A stretch of 64,000 nucleotides of DNA, from the NCBI GenBank assembly GCA_951406725.2, contig OX597822.1, positions 112,902,001 through 112,966,000 of the forward strand, given 5' to 3'. This document shows, one piece after another, positions 57,710 through 64,000 of the stretch. This stretch comes from Octopus vulgaris (lineage: Eukaryota). The position numbers were made by a program, and so were the translations under genes. Each line of letters opens with the position of its first letter. Position 1 is the stretch's first letter. The notes under the pieces are model-generated. The model ran no database searches. It was not told the DNA's origin and saw only the letters and a list, made by a program, of their open reading frames with translations.

Positions 57710-57764
<55 letters not shown>

Positions 57765-58232
57765 ACGCTCGTGTGTTTATGTATATGTAAGTATGTAGAG
57801 TTATGTGTATGTGCATGTATGTATGTATATATACATATGTGTAGATAGGTATATACGTGTATGCTTATATGTATGTTTCCGTTTGTACAAAGGGTAACTG
57901 CATGTGTATATATATCTATTATTTATTATTCATTATTTATTACATGAGTATGCGTTTGTATGCATGTATGTATTTATGTATATAAGGAGGCGCGTGAGTG
58001 TGTGTATGTGTATGCATTTGTATAAACATATGTATACATTTATGCATGTATGTGCTTGTGTGTGTATATATATATATATGTATATATATACACATATATA
58101 TATATATTTATGTATATATATATATATGTGTGTGTATGTGTATGTGTATATATATATGTGTAAATGTGTGTGTAAATGTATATATATATGTGTGTGTATG
58201 TGTGTGTATATGTGTATATATGTATATGTATA

Positions 58233-58269
<37 letters not shown>

Positions 58270-58413
58270 GTACGCTTGTGTGTTTATGTATATGTAGGTA
58301 TGTAGAGTTATGTGTGTATGTATGTATGTATATATACATATGTGTAAATAGGTATATATGGGTATGTTTATATGTGTGTATCCGTCTGTATAATGGGTAA
58401 CTGCACGTATATA

Positions 58414-58445
<32 letters not shown>

Positions 58446-58620
58446 TGAGTATGCATGTATGTATATATGTATGTGCCTGTATGCATGTATGTATTTATGA
58501 ACATAAAGGAGGCGCGTGTGTGTGTGGATGTGTATGCATATGTATAGACATATGTATACATTTATGCATGTATGTACTTATGTGTATATATAGATGCGCG
58601 TGTGTGTGTGTGTATGTGTA

Positions 58621-58687
<67 letters not shown>

Positions 58688-59583
58688 ATGAATGTATATA
58701 TGTATGTATATGTATATGTATATATATGTATATATATGTATATGTGTATGTATATGTATGTATGTGTATGTATGTGTATATGTATATGTGTATATATATT
58801 AATTAGTGTATATGTATGGACTAGTCTTCTGTGGGTGTGTTGAGGTATGTATGTGTATGCGTGTATGTGAATATACGTGAATGTATGTAGATGTATGCGT
58901 GTATGAATATAACACGTGCGTGTGCGTATGTGTATGTGTGTACGTGTGAGTGTGTGGGCGTGAGTGAGTGCTTGCGTTCGTATCAGTGAGTAGATAGATA
59001 AACGGAATCTTTAGATCATCCCTTGAGACCGGCTGACCGCGGTCAAGATAAAAATAAAGATATAAACAAAAGTAGTAATAATAAAATTAAAATAAGAGAA
59101 TAAAAATGTGTGTGTATGTGTGTGCATGTATATGCATTTGTATATATATGTGCGAGTGTGTATACATATATGTATGTATATGTATGTATATGTGTATCTG
59201 TGTGTACGTACATGGGTATGTGTATATATATGTATATATATATGTATATGTATATGTATATGTATGTATATATATATATGTATGTATATGTGGGTATATA
59301 TGTATATGTATAGATATATGTGAATATGTGGGTGTATATATGTGTATATATATATATGTAGATGTACAAGTGAGAGTCTCCTTACTTACCTAAAACTCTA
59401 TTTTTCTATTTATTTTTTTATTTTTTTATTCTTTTATTTATTCTTTTATCTACTTTACCACCGATTCCTTTGACCACTCCCCTAATAATGACAGTTTTGC
59501 GCCATGCCTACCCCCAAAAAAGTCCCCCACCACCCATTTAAACCTGCCTAAATGTATAAATGCCAAAACAACTCTTGTCTACT

Positions 59584-59634
59584 AGCTTCCTGATGATTTC
59601 TTTTGAATGAAACAGTTCTAGTCCTGTAGAAGCT
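59584..59634 (+). ncRNA. Type I hammerhead ribozyme with intact core
   Basis: AGCTTC-CTGATGA-tTTC-tttt-GAAt-GAAA-CAG-ttctagtc-CTG-TA-GAAGCT. Confidence 0.85.
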
Positions 59635-59716
59635 CCTTCTATATAATAAATTAATTTACTCTGCTATGTATTGAGTACCTTATTTACTGTGGTTAACCCC
59701 GACTCAACCCGGGACC

Positions 59717-59761
<45 letters not shown>

Positions 59762-59958
59762 TACAAAATTAGAGAATGGAAAACATACTTAAATCAGTAA
59801 AACATCAACTATCCGATGATACTCAATCCATACTTTAATACACCATTACATATGAGTAAAGGCAATATATAAAATGAAATGAGATATACAGTAATAGTAA
59901 AAGTAAAAAGATAAAGAGATATAAGTAAAAAATTTCAAATATAATATGCAAATAAATC

Positions 59959-60074
59959 AAAACTGACAGCTGTTTCGGCAGTGAGGACAGTCATACCTCA
60001 TTTAACCTATAAGCCATAAAGGCAGGTATAAATGAGGCATTAACAAGGATGCCCCACGGCCTCTTCAGAGAATT
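59959..60074 (-). ncRNA. Hammerhead with long structured stem II (inverted copy)
   Basis: Reverse complement of 61892-62007. Confidence 0.7.
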
Positions 60075-61499
60075 AAATTAAATTTGTTATAATAGTGAAA
60101 AATATTATATAATCATATACATATAAATATAAAAATATAAAAATGTAAAATATAAAAACTTATACATCATAATGCTACACTTATATAATATAATACACAT
60201 TTGTACAAAAAGGAAGGTAAACAGAACAAAATAAAACAAAATATATAACAGTGTATATATTAATATTAATAAGTACCGATATTATACATATTTGGCTAAT
60301 AGTTTTTTTTATAATTTTGCTTTATAATTATTTTGCTTTATAATTATTACCAGCCTCATATATTTAGTTTATATCTATAGTCCTCTGGATTTGTACTTTA
60401 AACTATCCTTCCATACATATTTACTTTCAACAATATAAAATATATATATTCACTTTATTTATTTTTATTTATTTCCCATTTTATTGTAATATTATCAATC
60501 TTTGCATCTAGTCTTCTATTCATTTATTTATTTGCCTATTTAAGTGTAGATGTTTACATACATATCAAGTCATCTAATTTGTTACCTATTTATTTTTTAC
60601 TTATTTACTTATACTGGTGTAGTTTTATACATACATATCTATCATTTATTTTTATTCAATTTTAATAATATATGAATACATATATACTAGTTTGTACTTA
60701 TAATTATGTGTATAACCGTATTTATTCCTTCGTATTTATTCCTTTTTATTTATTTTATCTCTTTTCATCTTAAGTCTTTATAATATAAAATTTATTTAAA
60801 ATTTCTGTGATGTTCTCATAAACGTTTACATTAATACTTCTCCTTCTATTCTTTAATGCATAAACTGGTATATTATGGCACTATATTTATTAAGTTAATA
60901 AGTGACTTATTTATAATATTTAAATTAATATATATCTTATATTTTATATTTTATAATTTAGCGTACTTAAAATCATAACAAACTTACGATAAACCTAACA
61001 ACCGTATGTTTACTCTGTAACAAACCGGTGTTATAAATTTTTAGTTACCCATGAAATAATTATCTGAATTAGTAACATACTGATATTTAAAAATATATTT
61101 ATATCTAAATTAAATATTTTATAGAATGCATGGATGGTTCTTTTTTTGTTATTGAGGCTCAGTTATAATTTTGAAGGACTAAATGTTAGCATAGTTGCTT
61201 CCCTTTTTTGTTTATCTAAGTGCTAGTTGTTGCTTGTGAATATGTATGTGTATACATATAACTATGTGTGTATGTGCGATTGATCTGTAGATGCGTGTGT
61301 GAATATTGGCGTTCCTTGACTAACCAACCGTATAATTTTCTTTTGTGATTTAAATTTCAAACCAATAGCCAAACGAATTAATCTAAATTTTCTTTACCTA
61401 GTGGTCAGCATTTCTTAACTCATAGTTATTTCGATCTTGAAAGGATGGACTTGGTGCTAACTTAACTGTATCTATTTTTAGTATTTTTTATTATTATTA

Positions 61500-61543
<44 letters not shown>

Positions 61544-61891
61544 AGTAATTTTTATTAACTTTTATAGCTTGAGAATTTTATGAACTGTACCACGGATTTA
61601 ATTATTATTTTTCATCTCCATATGTGTTAGCCCTTTTTTTTTTTTTTTTTTTTATAAAAAAAACTATTAGCCAAATATGTATAATATCGGTACTTATTAA
61701 TATTAATATATACACTGTTATATATTTTGTTTTATTTTGTTCTGTTTACCTTCCTTTTTGTACAAATGTGTATTATATTATATAAGTGTAGCATTATGAT
61801 GTATAAGTTTTTATATTTTACATTTTTATATTTTTATATTTATATGTATATGATTATATAATATTTTTCACTATTATAACAAATTTAATTT

Positions 61892-62007
61892 AATTCTCTG
61901 AAGAGGCCGTGGGGCATCCTTGTTAATGCCTCATTTATACCTGCCTTTATGGCTTATAGGTTAAATGAGGTATGACTGTCCTCACTGCCGAAACAGCTGT
62001 CAGTTTT
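61892..62007 (+). ncRNA. Hammerhead with about 85-nt structured stem II and palindromic stem III
   Basis: CTGAAGA 61898-61904, GGC...GCC, GAAA 61990-61993, CAGCTG, TC; stem I weak. Confidence 0.7.
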
Positions 62008-62381
62008 GATTTATTTGCATATTATATTTGAAATTTTTTACTTATATCTCTTTATCTTTTTACTTTTACTATTACTGTATATCTCATTTCATTTTATATA
62101 TTGCCTTTACTCATATGTAATGGTGTATTAAAGTATGGATTGAGTATCATCGGATAGTTGATGTTTTACTGATTTAAGTATGTTTCTCCATTCTCTAATT
62201 TTGTAGTATTAATTTACGGTAATATTATTACCTTTACCCATTTAATACAATAGATGAACTGATTGCTTGACAATTTTTAACATCTATGTATTAATTTTGT
62301 TGGGTACCTATCTAGCAGTATATTGGATATATATTATCCCATGGTGGGTTGAATTTTCAACCCCTATCTCATTTTATAACC

Positions 62382-62469
<88 letters not shown>

Positions 62470-62474
62470 TATAT

Positions 62475-62767
62475 GTGGAGGTTAGGGCAGAAGCCTCGAG
62501 GTCGCAGGATCGCGGTTTCGATTCCCAGACCGAGCGTTGTGAGTATTTATTGAGCAAAAACACCTAAAAGCTCCGTGAGTCTCCGATAGGAGGGGGGCAT
62601 CCCTGCTGTACTCTTTCTCCACAACTTTCTCTCACTCTTTCTTCTGTTGGCCTGCTCGCTTAGCCAGCGGGGTGGCGTCATTTAAAGGCTAAAACAATGC
62701 GAAGCGCATTGCGACAAGCGATGTGTAGCAACATCTGATAGCCTGGTCGGTCACGGTGATCACGGTG

Positions 62768-62770
<3 letters not shown>
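62475..62770 (+). mobile_element. SINE family A with tail type 4
   Basis: Matches 42787-43098. Confidence 0.9.
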
Positions 62771-62844
<74 letters not shown>

Positions 62845-62890
62845 TAAAGTTTCACCTCAGAGCTGCGGCCATGCTGATGCACCGTTATTA

Positions 62891-63345
62891 CTAGGAGCCT
62901 CCTCTAATATGTGGCAATTGATGAAGAATGGAGTTTGATATAGCTACCCTCATTTGCACCTCTTGCCGTGAGGTGGGCTCATCTGGGACTCTCGACAGGA
63001 AGAGGTCCAGCTTTGATTTAAAAACCCCTACATCTCCTTTGTGCAAGTACCTCAGACTCTTTGGGAGAATGTTAAAAAGCTGTGGGCCCTTGAAACCCAG
63101 GGTGTTGCAGTAACTGGTTCTGAAGCGTGTTGGCATTGCTGGGATCTTTGGCACCATGCAGTGTCGTCTCGTTCTGCCCTTGGTGTAGCTTACATTGCCA
63201 AAATTTGGCACAATTCCACCCAGGATCTTCCAGATATATATTACTGCATACCTCGCCCGTCTTCTCTCCAGGGAGTACAGGCTTAGCTGTTTCAACCTTT
63301 CCCAGTAGCTGAGCTGTTGCAAAGAGACGATCTTCTTTGTGAATC
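62891..63345 (-). mobile_element. 3' fragment of a second CR1-clade family
   Basis: SYWERLKQLSLYSLERRR.RY...GPQLFNILP...FKSKLDLFL..VPDEP, paralogous to the ORF2 C-terminus at 40600-40997. Confidence 0.9.
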
Positions 63346-63418
63346 TGAGCGTCCAATAATACTATATTTATTGCACGTCCTCGCGTTGTTGTGTTTTTTT
63401 GTGCTCTTATGTTTGGAT

Positions 63419-63575
<157 letters not shown>

Positions 63576-63633
63576 TATACATATATATATATACATATAC
63601 ATATACATATATATATATAATATATATTTATAC

Positions 63634-63673
<40 letters not shown>

Positions 63674-63675
<2 letters not shown>

Positions 63676-64000
63676 TAAATTAGAGATAAAACCACTACTA
63701 GGCAAATCAAACAGTGAAAAACATAAAGCAAGACATAGAAATAAAATTAATTAATATAAAATACAAAATATATAAAATATAAAATTCAAAATTTAAATCC
63801 ATAGAAATATGTTACAAAAAGAAAATAGAAACTACACGTGGAAATGTAAGGGAAAAGTAAGAAGAAAAATAAGCGAAAATGCACGTTGGAAATTAAAAAA
63901 TTAAAGGCTTTTTATGAAAACTAACGATAGATATATACAATTAGCAAAACTGAGGTAGGAATAAAAGTAATAAAATTCATTATTGTGAATTGTTAAAGGG
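63674..64000. mobile_element. AT-rich terminal repeat of the 15217/32652 family, running off the window
   Basis: Shared 47-bp terminal motif after (TA)n. Confidence 0.65.

Larger units (their letters stand above)
56400..59720 (+). mobile_element. 5'-truncated Penelope-like element with microsatellite-expanded 3' region and hammerhead-bearing terminus
   Basis: RT thumb motifs SNHP, RHISWYN.PPF, KHFP, LSYS; GIY-YIG ORF; hammerhead at 59584; ends at (TA)n. Linking the terminus to the ORF is inferred. Confidence 0.75.
59759..62381. mobile_element. Fold-back element 4: about 555-bp near-identical inverted repeats (59759-60314 and 61652-62208), tail to 62381, in (TA)n
   Basis: Arms read as near-perfect reverse complements; each carries a hammerhead; AT-rich 1.3-kb spacer. 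Confidence 0.9.

Noticed and set aside
59015-59050. Hammerhead-like CTTGAGACCGG...CCGCGGTCAAG
   Set aside because: Lacks CTGANGA and GAAA; only a short hairpin.
60740-61200. Possible minus-strand GIY-YIG remnant (SLCIKE...ILNK) in the fold-back 4 spacer
   Set aside because: Only a few residues amid stops; consistent with the model but not independently supportable.
61905-61989. SECIS element inside the hammerhead stem II
   Set aside because: No 5' ATGA/GA kink-turn core in the proper position and no in-frame TGA ORF.

Overview
AT-rich, microsatellite- and transposon-saturated eukaryotic DNA. The repeat complement (tRNA-derived SINEs, TAA-targeted R4/Dong pieces, Penelope-like elements) points to a coleoid cephalopod, probably Octopus; this is an inference. 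Most ORFs in the supplied track are artefacts of (TA)n, (CA)n, (TTA)n, (CATA)n or (CAT)n repeats. The real content is: (1) three candidate minus-strand exons (5554-5615, 3011-3126, 679-805) that splice in frame into a chitin-synthase-like N-terminal transmembrane region running off the left edge; (2) a full-length 4.76-kb CR1-clade LINE (36326-41084) whose ORF1 combines a Myb/SANT-like domain, polyQ and two CCCH zinc fingers; (3) about ten hammerhead-ribozyme motifs of several architectures, plus four fold-back elements with a shared plan (truncated inverted arm, full arm, conserved tail, TSD in two cases), all apparently Penelope-related; (4) an RTE insertion with a twin-priming-type 5' inversion at the FADD motif; (5) mariner, DD41D, Helitron, R4/Dong, Tx1-like and RTE relics and modular SINE families. 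All calls come from reading the sequence by eye; no database searches were run.
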